Below are positions 46,444-57,500 of a DNA stretch of 64,000 nucleotides, in pieces (position 1 is the first letter of the stretch; the number at the start of each line of letters is the position of its first letter). The stretch is from IMG/VR virus record IMGVR_UViG_3300042460_000724, positions 1 through 64,000 of that record. One strand, given 5' to 3'. This DNA comes from a virus. The notes beneath the pieces are model-generated. The model had not been told where the DNA came from. It searched no databases and worked only from the letters and a program-made list of their open reading frames with translations. A program made the translations under genes and the position numbers.

Positions 46444-47188
46444 TTATTTCCTCCAATGTAGGTGCGTATACACCAACGTGTTGCACTGTAATAGAACTAG
46501 CTCTGATGGCAAACTCTATTGCTTGTTCCATATCGTCTGCTACTAAGTAGCCATATGTTAACGCTGATAAGAAGGTGTCCCCCGCTCCACAAACATCAAA
46601 CACATCTACTTTAGGTACACTAAATGTTTTATTATTATATGATACCCCGCTACTACCACGTGTTAATACCATATTAGAACAATCACTAATTCTACTAGAA
46701 TATTCTGTTTCGTTAATCTTTACAATGCAACCTTCAAATAGTTTTAAATCACGTTTCTTGGTATCAACAAAGATAGGACCTTCATACTGTTGTCTAATAC
46801 CCTTAATAAAATCTTCTGTGACAAATCCTTTAGCATAATCAGATATAACTACAGCATCACTACCTTCTAGAAATTTCATTACATAATCTAAATTGCAGGG
46901 ATTAGACTTTACATCATCATCTATACGCATTAAATGTTGCTTAGACTTTGCATCTATTAAACGTTTCTTTTTAGATGGGTCTCCCAAGAATGAGGTGACA
47001 TTTAGTCCCAATGCTAATAGATTTTCTTTAACATTACTTCCCATACCTGATTTAGTTTCAGTGTGTTTAGGAACAAAAACAGGTACAGGAGCTTCAGGGC
47101 TCATTCTATCTACTGTACCATATTGATATTCATCAATGCAGGTGTCGCCTATTAATATAATTTTCAATTGTCTTTGTGGTTGATTCAT
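46433..47188 (-). CDS. hldA: Heptose-7-phosphate kinase (HldE kinase domain, PfkB)
   Basis: GD..ID.Y..G...RMSPEAPVPV, ISDY.KG and DVCGAGDTF. Confidence 0.9.
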   Translation of the reverse strand: MNQPQRQLKIILIGDTCIDEYQYGTVDRMSPEAPVPVFVPKHTETKSGMGSNVKENLLALGLNVTSFLGDPSKKKRLIDAKSKQHLMRIDDDVKSNPCNLDYVMKFLEGSDAVVISDYAKGFVTEDFIKGIRQQYEGPIFVDTKKRDLKLFEGCIVKINETEYSSRISDCSNMVLTRGSSGVSYNNKTFSVPKVDVFDVCGAGDTFLSALTYGYLVADDMEQAIEFAIRASSITVQHVGVYAPTLEEINAT

Positions 47189-47540
47189 CTATTACCCTAT
47201 CAAAGAATACTAATTCCTCAGCATACTCCGAACCTATTACTTTTTTATTCTTCCAATCACTTCCGACTATCATAATGTTCGGCTTGTATTGTTCAATGAT
47301 ACTCTCTAACTCAAAATCAGTATTGAATACTAATACCTTATCTACTGCTTTTAAATTACTGAGTAATGCTACCCTATTATCTATTTTGTTGAATGGTCTA
47401 TCACTACCTTTTTTCTCGGTTACACGATTATCAGAATCAATTGCAACCAATAGATATGTGCCTAAACTCTTTGCATAGTTTAATAAGTCTAAATGACCCA
47501 TATGTAATATATCAAACGTTCCATTAACAAAAACTTTCAT
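47133..47540 (-). CDS. hldC: Heptose-1-phosphate adenylyltransferase (HldE C-domain)
   Basis: NGTFDILH.GH, DSD.RV..KG..RP and STT. Confidence 0.88.
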   Translation of the reverse strand: MKVFVNGTFDILHMGHLDLLNYAKSLGTYLLVAIDSDNRVTEKKGSDRPFNKIDNRVALLSNLKAVDKVLVFNTDFELESIIEQYKPNIMIVGSDWKNKKVIGSEYAEELVFFDRVIDESTTKTIENYINRRHLH

Positions 47541-47570
47541 ACACTATTCTAACATAACCTGTAGTAAATA

Positions 47571-48575
47571 TCAAGCTTTTTGTTCCAAAAATTGATGGGC
47601 AGTTTCTAATGATGAACTAATAGCCATATGCATATCAATATACACATACATTCCACAACGTCCAATAAACGTATTTTTTGTATTTTCGATAGCTTTATAC
47701 TTCTTATATAACTCTCTATATGTATCAATTGGATAATAACGTTCATTATTATTGTCTTTATAATCACAAGGTTCTTCAAATGTTAATGTTGTATTACCCG
47801 TATTAATATTATTGGGTAGTTTATTCCATTCAGTCATTCTGGTAAACGAACCATTATCAGTAAAATTAACTACGGTAGTAGGTAACATACTGGGTGAGGG
47901 AAACGTTATTGAATGAAATTTAATAGACCTATATGGTAATTCCCCGTATATGAAATCATAATATACATCTATGGGCATAGAATTAAAGATATGATCATAA
48001 TTATCTTCCATACTCTTATCAAACATCGTATTCAACTTAACGGTAATGTTTGGATGATTTAATATATTAGTGAATAATGTCGTATATCCGTGTGTCGGTA
48101 GATATTGATATTCATCTCTAAAATATCTACTGTCGTCATTATCTCTAGTACTAACTCGATTTAATACGTCTTTGCTTAGTGTTTTATAATGTTCTCCCCA
48201 CATCTTTTTACTGTAGGGTTCAAAAAATGTATTGTTTATATCTTCTTTTTTTACTGTTTCTAATGTGATTGTGTTAACCGGAAACGGTACATATTTGCCA
48301 CTTTCCAGTAACGCCAACACGTGATGTTCATAGAATGTCCACTCGGTAAATTTACTAACCCAATCAAATACTTTTTTGTTACTAGTATGAAAGATATGCG
48401 GTCCATATTTATGAATGCGTAATCCGTGTTCATTGATATAGTCATATGCATTACCACCAATATGGTCTCTATTATCAATAACTATTACGTTGTAATTGTT
48501 TTCTGCAAGTTCTCTCGCTACTACACTACCAGCAAAGCCTGCCCCTACTATTAAGATATTTTGTTTTGTTCCCAT
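47571..48575 (-). CDS. glf: UDP-galactopyranose mutase
   Basis: GAGF.G, HIGGNAYD, YGPHIFHT, LPYRS, YYP and GR.G.Y.Y. Confidence 0.93.
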   Translation of the reverse strand: MGTKQNILIVGAGFAGSVVARELAENNYNVIVIDNRDHIGGNAYDYINEHGLRIHKYGPHIFHTSNKKVFDWVSKFTEWTFYEHHVLALLESGKYVPFPVNTITLETVKKEDINNTFFEPYSKKMWGEHYKTLSKDVLNRVSTRDNDDSRYFRDEYQYLPTHGYTTLFTNILNHPNITVKLNTMFDKSMEDNYDHIFNSMPIDVYYDFIYGELPYRSIKFHSITFPSPSMLPTTVVNFTDNGSFTRMTEWNKLPNNINTGNTTLTFEEPCDYKDNNNERYYPIDTYRELYKKYKAIENTKNTFIGRCGMYVYIDMHMAISSSLETAHQFLEQKA

Positions 48576-49351
48576 AATTCTTCCAAATCTTTTACATAAA
48601 AAGATATATCTTTAGCTTCCCCTAAATGAATAGCTAAAGTTTTCATAGGCATCATCATCCTAACTTCAGGTTGTTGCCATACTTTACTTATTGTGTTACC
48701 TTCCCAATAGCCTTCTATTGTGCCGATATCCAATAAACTATAAAATTCTTCTTTATATTTTTTAAATAAATTTACTGGTATTAAAAATGATTCGTGTGTA
48801 AACCAAGTATTTCTATAATATCTATCTGGTCCTGGTATAACCATACAGGGATAAACATATGTTCCGTTGAAGGGATTCTGTGGATGATAGTATAGTTGAT
48901 TAAAATCTTGAGGAAAAATACATATAGTTAACTCAGGACTAATAGATTCTAAATAGTTTCTTGCATCTATCATTGTAGCAATACTATTTGGATAATGCAA
49001 ATAGTCATCTTCTACTAGATAAACAAGTTCATCGTCCGGTAACTGACTAATGTAGTCTAATGCAATCTTTAAACTATATCTAGATTTTTGTTTAATATCT
49101 TTAAATTCAATTGTTGGATCAACTACTACATCTTGTATTGTAGCATTAGCAAAATGGTTATGTAAGAACTGTTTAGTCTCAATGGAAGAATCATCATCAA
49201 TTACGTGTAAACTAAAAGGGTTATTATAATTAGTTAATGACGTTACTAGTGAGTTATAACATCTTTTTACACATTCGTCTTTTGGCACAATGCGATTACT
49301 TGCCAATGAGGCTTTATCACAGGTCCTTAATACCACATTTAGTTTTTGCAT
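48551..49351 (-). CDS. GT-A fold glycosyltransferase
   Basis: VIDD.S...YLVEDDYLH; start at TAATG 49351. Confidence 0.75.
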   Translation of the reverse strand: MQKLNVVLRTCDKASLASNRIVPKDECVKRCYNSLVTSLTNYNNPFSLHVIDDDSSIETKQFLHNHFANATIQDVVVDPTIEFKDIKQKSRYSLKIALDYISQLPDDELVYLVEDDYLHYPNSIATMIDARNYLESISPELTICIFPQDFNQLYYHPQNPFNGTYVYPCMVIPGPDRYYRNTWFTHESFLIPVNLFKKYKEEFYSLLDIGTIEGYWEGNTISKVWQQPEVRMMMPMKTLAIHLGEAKDISFYVKDLEELWEQNKIS

Positions 49352-49485
49352 TACTTCAAGCCTAAACTCTTGCAAATATGTGCTAGATGGATTTTGTCCG
49401 AGCTCGGTAAGCCCGTAATAAGAATACGTGGTGTCATACTATTTCCTGTAAAATATTTATAATAGAGACAGTATAACCATTTATT

Positions 49486-49905
49486 TTACATCAAAGCGTC
49501 TACTTCTTCATGTGTCGTAGCGGCTTCAATTTGAGCTATTTTTGCTAATAATGTTTCTTTGGCAGCACTAACCAAACTAGTATCAAATTCTTCTGCAGGA
49601 TTAGCACTCAGTTGTAGTTGTATTTGTTGGTAAACAACCTGCTGAAATAATCCATTAGCTTGTCCGATTAACGAACCTTTGCGTTCATCTATTTCTAAAT
49701 CACGTTTACCCCAAATAATTTCAACTGGACTTTTACTAAGATCAAATGTGTGTGTGGTCATTATTTCACGATTTTGTATTAGATCAGGGATTATTTCAAC
49801 TGCTTCATTCCAACCATCTTGACCTGCAGGTGGTGCGGAGTCCCAGCAGTCTGTTACTGAATTATCTATTACCCTTACCCAATATCCTGTTTTAATTGTA
49901 CTCAT
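49486..49905 (-). CDS. Tail-fibre assembly/chaperone-like protein
   Basis: C-terminal I.AATT.EEVDA. Confidence 0.5.
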   Translation of the reverse strand: MSTIKTGYWVRVIDNSVTDCWDSAPPAGQDGWNEAVEIIPDLIQNREIMTTHTFDLSKSPVEIIWGKRDLEIDERKGSLIGQANGLFQQVVYQQIQLQLSANPAEEFDTSLVSAAKETLLAKIAQIEAATTHEEVDALM

Positions 49906-49967
49906 TTTAAATGTTCCTTATATTATATTTATATTAACTTTTCTTGTTTTTTTGTATAACTAAAATA

Positions 49968-50792
49968 TCAGTTAGGTGGATTTTTTCCTAAAGTTTCTAA
50001 TAATTTTGATTTCAATAATATGTCTAATGGTACATTCTGATAGATGTAAGTTAATATGCCGCGTACCTGTGTATATCTTTCATCTTTGTGAGTGTGATTG
50101 ATAAACACTATCCCGCAAGTAACATAGTTTTCTAAATCTTCTATTTTATAATAATGCGCCAACAAGTACCATAAAGTCCAACAGTTAGTTGGATTGCTTT
50201 CAAACTCATCTTTTAACATTTTTATATACAATTCAGGGCGAGATTGTTTTTTAAAATCTTGGTCATGTATTAGATAGATATTTTCATTATATATTTCAAC
50301 TTCATATCTATCTTTGTGCTTAAACCAAAGATGTTCATAGATAGGTTGTGCCCAAGTATAATCGTGTCTACGATGTATTTTGTTTGTACCTAAAAAGTTA
50401 GGAGGACCTACTCTAACATTTTCTGTATATAAATCTAATCTATCACACGATATGTTAGTAACAGTAGGATTAGCTTCCATTGTGTTTTTCATTTCAGCTA
50501 ACACATTGATACTGAAATATTCATCTAGATCCGGACTTAAACACCAATCTACGTCAGTAGGAATCATATCTAAGTTGTAGTTACGTGCTACATTAAATAT
50601 CCATGGGGTGAATATCTTTTGCTCAATAATCAGATTAGGATCGACCTTTGCAGCCTCTTGAAACATTTCCCAAGTCCCGTCAGTTGAACCGGTATCAAGT
50701 ATCACTCTATATGTAAATTTTTTGGTATAGTATAACCACTTCTCTACGTATTGAAGTTCATTTTTACAGATTGTATATGCTGCCGTTTTCAT
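49968..50792 (-). CDS. GT2 glycosyltransferase with TPR-like tail
   Basis: I.KNE, DTGSTDGT, F..ARN, D.DE and W..PI.E. Confidence 0.88.
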   Translation of the reverse strand: MKTAAYTICKNELQYVEKWLYYTKKFTYRVILDTGSTDGTWEMFQEAAKVDPNLIIEQKIFTPWIFNVARNYNLDMIPTDVDWCLSPDLDEYFSINVLAEMKNTMEANPTVTNISCDRLDLYTENVRVGPPNFLGTNKIHRRHDYTWAQPIYEHLWFKHKDRYEVEIYNENIYLIHDQDFKKQSRPELYIKMLKDEFESNPTNCWTLWYLLAHYYKIEDLENYVTCGIVFINHTHKDERYTQVRGILTYIYQNVPLDILLKSKLLETLGKNPPN

Positions 50793-51394
50793 TCTTGTGT
50801 CTTAATAAATGATGTCTGTGATCCGTCTGGAATATTCAATATGTTTAACTTATGCCAATTGCATTGTATAAACATCTCCACTGCCATTCGCACACTCATC
50901 TGTGCTGATTGTGTGCCATTTTTGTCGGTATAACGCCAAGTAGTGGTATCGTCACATAAAATAACTCCACCTACACGTAGTATTTTCCAAGCTAATACCA
51001 AGTCTGTTAATACTTCGCTTGCTTTGTGATCTCCGTCAATATATATAAACTCTGCGTTGACGTTGTTATTAATCAAATCAATTAGTCCATCTGTACTATG
51101 TTTTTGTATATAAGTTACATTGTTATTTTTATTGAACCCAAGATTATCTAAGAAGTTTTGTTTTACAATATTAAAATCCTCGCTCATATCATTACTACCA
51201 ATATGCGGGTCTATTGCATATATTTTCAGGTTAGGATTATACGGTGTAAGTTGGTCACTCATCCAAAATGTTGTAGAGCCTTCAAACACACCAATTTCTA
51301 CAATTGTATTTGGTACTCCGTATGTGTTTACTAAGTGACCAACATTAGTCATTGCACCCTTACCACAATTAAAATCCATGCTAAATTTGTACAT
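50789..51394 (-). CDS. SAM methyltransferase (Methyltransf_24-like)
   Basis: VEIGVFEGS, IDP, IYIDGDH and GG....DD. Confidence 0.88.
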   Translation of the reverse strand: MYKFSMDFNCGKGAMTNVGHLVNTYGVPNTIVEIGVFEGSTTFWMSDQLTPYNPNLKIYAIDPHIGSNDMSEDFNIVKQNFLDNLGFNKNNNVTYIQKHSTDGLIDLINNNVNAEFIYIDGDHKASEVLTDLVLAWKILRVGGVILCDDTTTWRYTDKNGTQSAQMSVRMAVEMFIQCNWHKLNILNIPDGSQTSFIKTQE

Positions 51395-51999
51395 TATTGC
51401 TTTCTATATATAACTATATTCTTCTCAGGATTGATATAGGGTGTTTCTTTTACTTTAGTTAAGAGTTTCTCTATTGCAGTAAACACATTGAAGTAGTCAT
51501 TATCCCAGATAACAAAGCCCTTAGAGTCTACATCACTGGGTATGAATCTGTTATCTTCATTTATTAAAACTAAGTAACCGTTTGGTTTTAGCGTATTGAC
51601 TATCTTTTCTATCTCTTGTTGTGGGTTCTCTACGTGTTGTAATACAAATACCGCTAAACATACATCTACTGAATTTTCATCGGGTAGTTGTGATATTATT
51701 TTAAACTTCCTTGGGTTAGAAACATATAGGGTAGCAAAAGTTTTCATACTTTCACTGATATCAAAACCCAATACAGAGCAATCAAACTTAGTAATTAGTT
51801 CTTTACTAACACGACCCATACCACAACCAAAGTCTAATACAGTTGATTGATTAGTAATAATGTTTTCATTATATATTGTATCAACTAAGAAATGTGTTTC
51901 TTTGTGGAACTTTTCTGGTTTATCAGATTCAAAGCTGAGAACCACATTCATTGCCTGAGTGATTGTGGTTACATCAAATGCTTCTTTAACATATCTCAT
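51394..51999 (-). CDS. Class I SAM methyltransferase
   Basis: VLDFGCGMGR, DIS, VLQH and LKPNG. Confidence 0.9.
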   Translation of the reverse strand: MRYVKEAFDVTTITQAMNVVLSFESDKPEKFHKETHFLVDTIYNENIITNQSTVLDFGCGMGRVSKELITKFDCSVLGFDISESMKTFATLYVSNPRKFKIISQLPDENSVDVCLAVFVLQHVENPQQEIEKIVNTLKPNGYLVLINEDNRFIPSDVDSKGFVIWDNDYFNVFTAIEKLLTKVKETPYINPEKNIVIYRKQ

Positions 52000-52715
52000 G
52001 TTTTAAGTTTATCGTTACGTTCCGTAGTTCTACCGGTTAATGGTCTAGCTAGAATTGTAGTGTCAGTAGTTACGTTTATGTTTTTATCATAAGCGAACAT
52101 ACCTTGATGTGTAATATTAAACAAGTCTGCTCTCATCATAATATCTAACGGAGCACATATACCCATTTTTAATACGTGCGAGATTAAGTTCTTTGCCATT
52201 AATGGGTCTAATGCATATGCGTGGGCACGACAGATAAACAGATAATTAGGTCCTTCACTAGCGTGAGGTGGTATAGTTGGATGTATTTTCCATCCTTGCT
52301 CTGCCCACTCAGCACCGCCTAGGTAACATATTGAGTTAACTGAATCATATGAAGTAAACTTCTTAGTCATAATGCTATCGTGTTCTAAGATAACAATAGG
52401 CTTATCAATCTTGGCGCAATGAACCCACAGGCTGATGTGACTTAATGCACAAGCAACTTCACCTCTAGTTAAGTAATGGTCTGTAATCTTTAGCATTTTG
52501 ATTACTGAATCACCTACGCTGTGGTCAGGTACTGTAATTTCAGAGCCAATGCCGTTGAAGGCATCCCATACTTTATATTGCATACCTACATTCATACAAC
52601 TGAGTTGGCATCGTTTAGAATACCGTTCAGATGATTCATTACCTTTTACAGTAATGATGTAAGCGTGTTCTACTTCAAAATCACGTTTATAGAATAAATT
52701 AAGATTTGTGTCCAT
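51996..52715 (-). CDS. GT25-like glycosyltransferase
   Basis: GEVAC.LSH..LW...ILEHD...AHAY...P.D. Confidence 0.82.
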   Translation of the reverse strand: MDTNLNLFYKRDFEVEHAYIITVKGNESSERYSKRCQLSCMNVGMQYKVWDAFNGIGSEITVPDHSVGDSVIKMLKITDHYLTRGEVACALSHISLWVHCAKIDKPIVILEHDSIMTKKFTSYDSVNSICYLGGAEWAEQGWKIHPTIPPHASEGPNYLFICRAHAYALDPLMAKNLISHVLKMGICAPLDIMMRADLFNITHQGMFAYDKNINVTTDTTILARPLTGRTTERNDKLKT

Positions 52716-54420
52716 CTAATGCCCGTTTAAATTCACTGTAGTCAATACGACCAGGTTTGTGTACTTGAATTAACATTCTAGTTGATAATGCTACATTATT
52801 CAAGTGATTTAGGGCATGAGTAAGTTCTTCTTGCGTTATTTTGCCATTAGATAGACGTTGTTGATATGGATCAGTATACTCAAACTGAGTATCACATACT
52901 TCGATATCAATATCTTCTTCAAATGCTAGTAATGAATCACTTTCACCTTTATTTGCTTTTTCAAACATATGACGTTTGTTAAACAAGTTAAACATAGCAA
53001 CAGTAATCAATCGTTTATGTGTTGGGTCATCTAATGCAGTATCACAGCGCCAATGTGGAGTTTGTATTTCCCAAACAGCACCATTCTCACTTACACGATA
53101 TAGTTCTTTAATAACATCAATGAAGTCTCTACCAGTTTCTCCTAGATGTTCTAATATATCTTTAGCTACAACGTGTGAGTATTCGTTGTCTTTCCATGGC
53201 CAAGGTAGAACACTTAAATCAACCTGTTCATCGGCATCAATGAATGGTGATTTATCAACGTTAACAAATCCATCAAATTTCTTAAAGCCACAACCCAAGT
53301 TAAGTTTCTTAGTGACACGATCCTCATTTGGTTGATCGATATGTTTTAAGTTGAAACGTGCTTCTAGTGCAGTGTAAAGACTTTGGAATGTTGGGTCCCA
53401 TTTCTTTGGATCTGTTTGTCTAAAGATTTGTACACATTTGTAGTATGGGCTTGTGTTAGCATCAGGTGAGCCTGGTGTCCACGTATGATACGGGAGTATA
53501 GGAACGATGACCCATGTTTCTTTACCCATTGCGGCTGCTAAGTGTGCTACACTTGTACAAGATGAGATAACGATATCCATATTAGCAATAGCTGCCATTG
53601 TATCTTCCCAGCTTAACAAGAAGTGTTGCAAGTCAGTTACATTTTCAGGTAGTTGAATAATGTTATGATCCTTTTGCAAACTATATACCTGTAGTTCATC
53701 ATATTTTGCTAAGTTAGTGATAAAGTTCTCTGGAAACTTTCTAAATTGTTGATGTTCAAATTTAGGATTGCCTGCCCAACGAATACCAACTTTAATTTTT
53801 TCGCTGTTGACGAATGTTTTCCAAATTTCAATACTATCAGCTTTAGCAGTTAGATAAGGATCGTTTGGAAAGTTTGAGAATTCGTGACCAGCTACCCATC
53901 CGGCACTAAATCCAGGAACCCAATAATCATGAGGTACAGTATGTGATTGATTTCGTAGTATAACTTTATCTACACCTTCAATACGTTCAAATACTGATAC
54001 TAGTTCAGGTGCACAAGCGATGTATACTGATTTTGCACCTTGTTTTTTAAAGCTAGTAGCAAAACGTGCGTGAATGATTTCATCTCCGTACCCACCTTCT
54101 AGTGATACAATAATAGATTTATCGTTGATAGAATGTTTTTCTGGGTTAAAAATAGGTGCATCTGTTTTAAGAGGAGGGCTACCGTATACATTTAAGAAGC
54201 GACCATTCTCTAATAGTTGACAGCCTTTTCTATAGTCACCGTCTTGAATCATAAACCAACCACGGTTAAAGCAATGACGCATCCAAATATCTTCTGTATT
54301 TTGTCCTTTAGCGTCTACTATTTTTTCAGGGCCTATGTTTTCTAATTTATCTGATAATATTCTGGCTTCTAGATGTTTACCTTCTAATTGAAGCTTGAGC
54401 ATCATATCTATTTCGTGCAT
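52699..54420 (-). CDS. GT9 (heptosyltransferase-like) fused to a methyltransferase domain
   Basis: EGG.GD.I..ARF, VGIRWAGNP and DT.A.I..MD.VIS..TSVAHLAAAMG; C-terminal KLNLGCG...DPTH. Confidence 0.85.
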   Translation of the reverse strand: MHEIDMMLKLQLEGKHLEARILSDKLENIGPEKIVDAKGQNTEDIWMRHCFNRGWFMIQDGDYRKGCQLLENGRFLNVYGSPPLKTDAPIFNPEKHSINDKSIIVSLEGGYGDEIIHARFATSFKKQGAKSVYIACAPELVSVFERIEGVDKVILRNQSHTVPHDYWVPGFSAGWVAGHEFSNFPNDPYLTAKADSIEIWKTFVNSEKIKVGIRWAGNPKFEHQQFRKFPENFITNLAKYDELQVYSLQKDHNIIQLPENVTDLQHFLLSWEDTMAAIANMDIVISSCTSVAHLAAAMGKETWVIVPILPYHTWTPGSPDANTSPYYKCVQIFRQTDPKKWDPTFQSLYTALEARFNLKHIDQPNEDRVTKKLNLGCGFKKFDGFVNVDKSPFIDADEQVDLSVLPWPWKDNEYSHVVAKDILEHLGETGRDFIDVIKELYRVSENGAVWEIQTPHWRCDTALDDPTHKRLITVAMFNLFNKRHMFEKANKGESDSLLAFEEDIDIEVCDTQFEYTDPYQQRLSNGKITQEELTHALNHLNNVALSTRMLIQVHKPGRIDYSEFKRALDGHKS

Positions 54421-54504
54421 ATTTTCTCCGTTATGTGTTGTGTTGGTTTTTTGTATATAAAACTGTAAAGTTATTTATATACAAAAAACGAAATTAATTA
54501 ATTT

Positions 54505-57500
54505 TTACTTAGTAAACCCGAAGTGATTAAAGCCATTTGATACGGTCACTGCAGAGTAACCAACCGACGTAATTGCCGGTATTAATGGGCGATTGTCGTT
54601 GAATCCCCATTCGTATAATACATTGTTAGGATCTATGACAAAAGTACTATTAAAATTCGCAGATACCTGTGTCCAAGATGATGTACCAATTTGTGTAGGC
54701 ACACTATACATATTAGGAGGAGTATATGCTTGATTAGTGCCTAATTGAACTGGGCTGGATTTAGAGATCCTATCATTTAGACCAAGTTGACCACTAGTAT
54801 TAAGACCCCAAACATAAAGTTTGTTATCATTGCGAGTAGCCATCGATGAATTTATATTGGATCCACCTTTATTTAAATTAGTATATATAGAAGTACCAAG
54901 TTGTACCGGAGCTGATCTAGATAGAATGTCTAATAATCCTAATTGACCATTAGCATTATTACCCCAAGTAAACAAATAGCCATCACTACGTATAGCAAAT
55001 TGACTTGCACCAGTTGTTGAAGTGATAGTCCAAGAATCGGTTGCTGTGGGCAAGAATATTGGACTTAATGCAGATGTTACTGAATTAATTCCCAATTCAC
55101 CATTGGTATTAGTTCCCCAAGTATATAAACCATATAACTGATCTAATCCAATAGTAAATAGACCACCAGCTGAGACCATAGCCCATGAACTTGTACCAAT
55201 TTGTATTGGGCTTGATTTTGAAATTATTGTACTATCCCCTAATTGACCACTAGTACCTAATCCCCATGTAAATAATAAGTTATCGCTACGTACACCAGCC
55301 ATATAGTTTACACCAGAACTAACAGATGTCCAACTAATAGTGCCTAGTTGTACCGGACTACTTCTTAGTATCACATCGTTTGTTCCTAGTTGTCCGCTAG
55401 CATTATTTCCCCAAACATATAATAGTCCATCACTAGTAATGGCTGCTGTTGCAACACTACCGGCTGAAATAATACTCCAGCTATTTGTACCTATTTGCAC
55501 AGGACTACTTCTGCTTAATATAGCATTGTCACCTATTTGACCATTAGTACCAAGTCCCCACATAAATAGTGCACCATCACTACGTATTGCACCACGTGAT
55601 GTATTTTTAGAAATACTTGTCCAAACAGTACCAACGCCAATTTGTACTGGACTACTACGAGAGACTGTATCATTTTGTGCTAATTCACCGTTTGTATTAA
55701 TACCCCAAGCCCATAGTTTATTAGTAGCATCAAGAGCCATAAAGTTTGCAAGACCTGTTGATGAAGATACGGTGGTCCAACTACTTGTACCAACTTGTAC
55801 TGGACTACTACGATGTACTAAATTATTTGATGCTAGTTGTCCTGATGCGTTATCACCCCAAGTAAACAATCCACCGTCAATACGAATAGCGACGGTTGAT
55901 GTAGTAAATAAACCAACAGCAGTCCAAGAGCTTGTGCCAATTTGTACTGGACTGCTACGAGATATTGTATCATTTAGACCTAGTTGTCCACTAGTACCTA
56001 AACCCCACATAAACAATGCACCGTCACTACGAATGGCAGCACTAGTAGACAGTCCAGTTGATATTGTATTCCAGCTTAAGGCTGCAGGTTTGCTTGTAGT
56101 AGTCAAGTATGTCTGTTGTATCTCTGCACTTGTGAATGAATTTACTTGTACTGGACTAGACCTATTAGCAATGGATCTATCTCCTAATTGTCCACTAGCA
56201 TTACCGCCCCAAACATATAATAAATTATTTGTATTAATTGCAGAAGTTGAGCTTTGTCCAGCACTTACTATATTCCAGCTTGTACCAACTTGAACTGGAC
56301 TACTGCGGGATAATACTGTAGTATCTCCAAGTTGTCCTGTAGTATTAATACCCCAAGTAAACAATCTATTATCAGATGTAATTCCACCCACAAAAGTTAC
56401 GCCTGCACTTATTTGTGCCCAACTACTTGCGCCAATTTGTACCGGAGCAGATCGAGATATGATAGTAGTATCACCTATTTGACCACTAGCGTTAAGACCC
56501 CAAGCAAATAACAAGTTATCAATACGTATACCATATGATGTAGTTCCACCTGAGCTTACTGCATTCCATGACTCATTTATTGATCGGATAAATACTGGAC
56601 TACTTCTGGCTCCAAGAGATTCACTTAATCCAAGCTGTCCATTATTATTTTGTCCCCAAATGAAAAGTTGATTATCAGTATAAGTCAACGCCATAGTTAC
56701 TCCAGGAGACGTGCCTATACTAACCTGTGACCAACTGCTTGTACCAATTTGTACTGGACTACTACGAGGTAATATTGTATTGTCTCCTAGTTGACCATTA
56801 GTATTAATACCCCAAGACCAAAGAGTGTTGTCAAGACGTAAGGCAGTGGTTGTAGCAAATCCAGTTGATATAACAGACCAACTGCTTGTACCAATTTGTA
56901 CTGGACTACTACGAGGTAATATTGTATTGTCTCCTAGTTGACCATTAGCATTAATACCCCAAGACCACAGTGTAGAGTTAGTTCGGATAGCCATAGCATA
57001 CGACAGTCCGGCTGACACACTAGACCAACTGCTTGTACCTATTTGTACTGGACTACTGCGTGGCACGATAGTAGTTGATCCTAATTGTCCACTAGTATTA
57101 TCTCCCCAGGAGAAAAGAGCACCATCCAAACGTATAGCATATACACTTACATCTCCGGCACTAACCTTTGTCCAACTACTTGTACCAACTTGTACAGGAC
57201 TACTACGATGTAGTATAGTGCCATCACCTAATTGTCCGGCGTTATTATTACCCCAAGTAAACAATGCACCATCACTACGTATTGCACCAACACAAGCCAG
57301 AGTACTTACAAGAGTTCCTGTTGCAACACTTCCTGAAACTATAGTCCAGCTACTTGTACCAACTTGTACAGGACTACTGCGATGTACTAAGTCATTTTGA
57401 CCTAATTGTCCTATTGTATTTAATCCCCATGACCACAACGTATTATCATTACGGATTGCATACATTGCATTATTGCCTATTGATATCTGAGACCAGCTAG

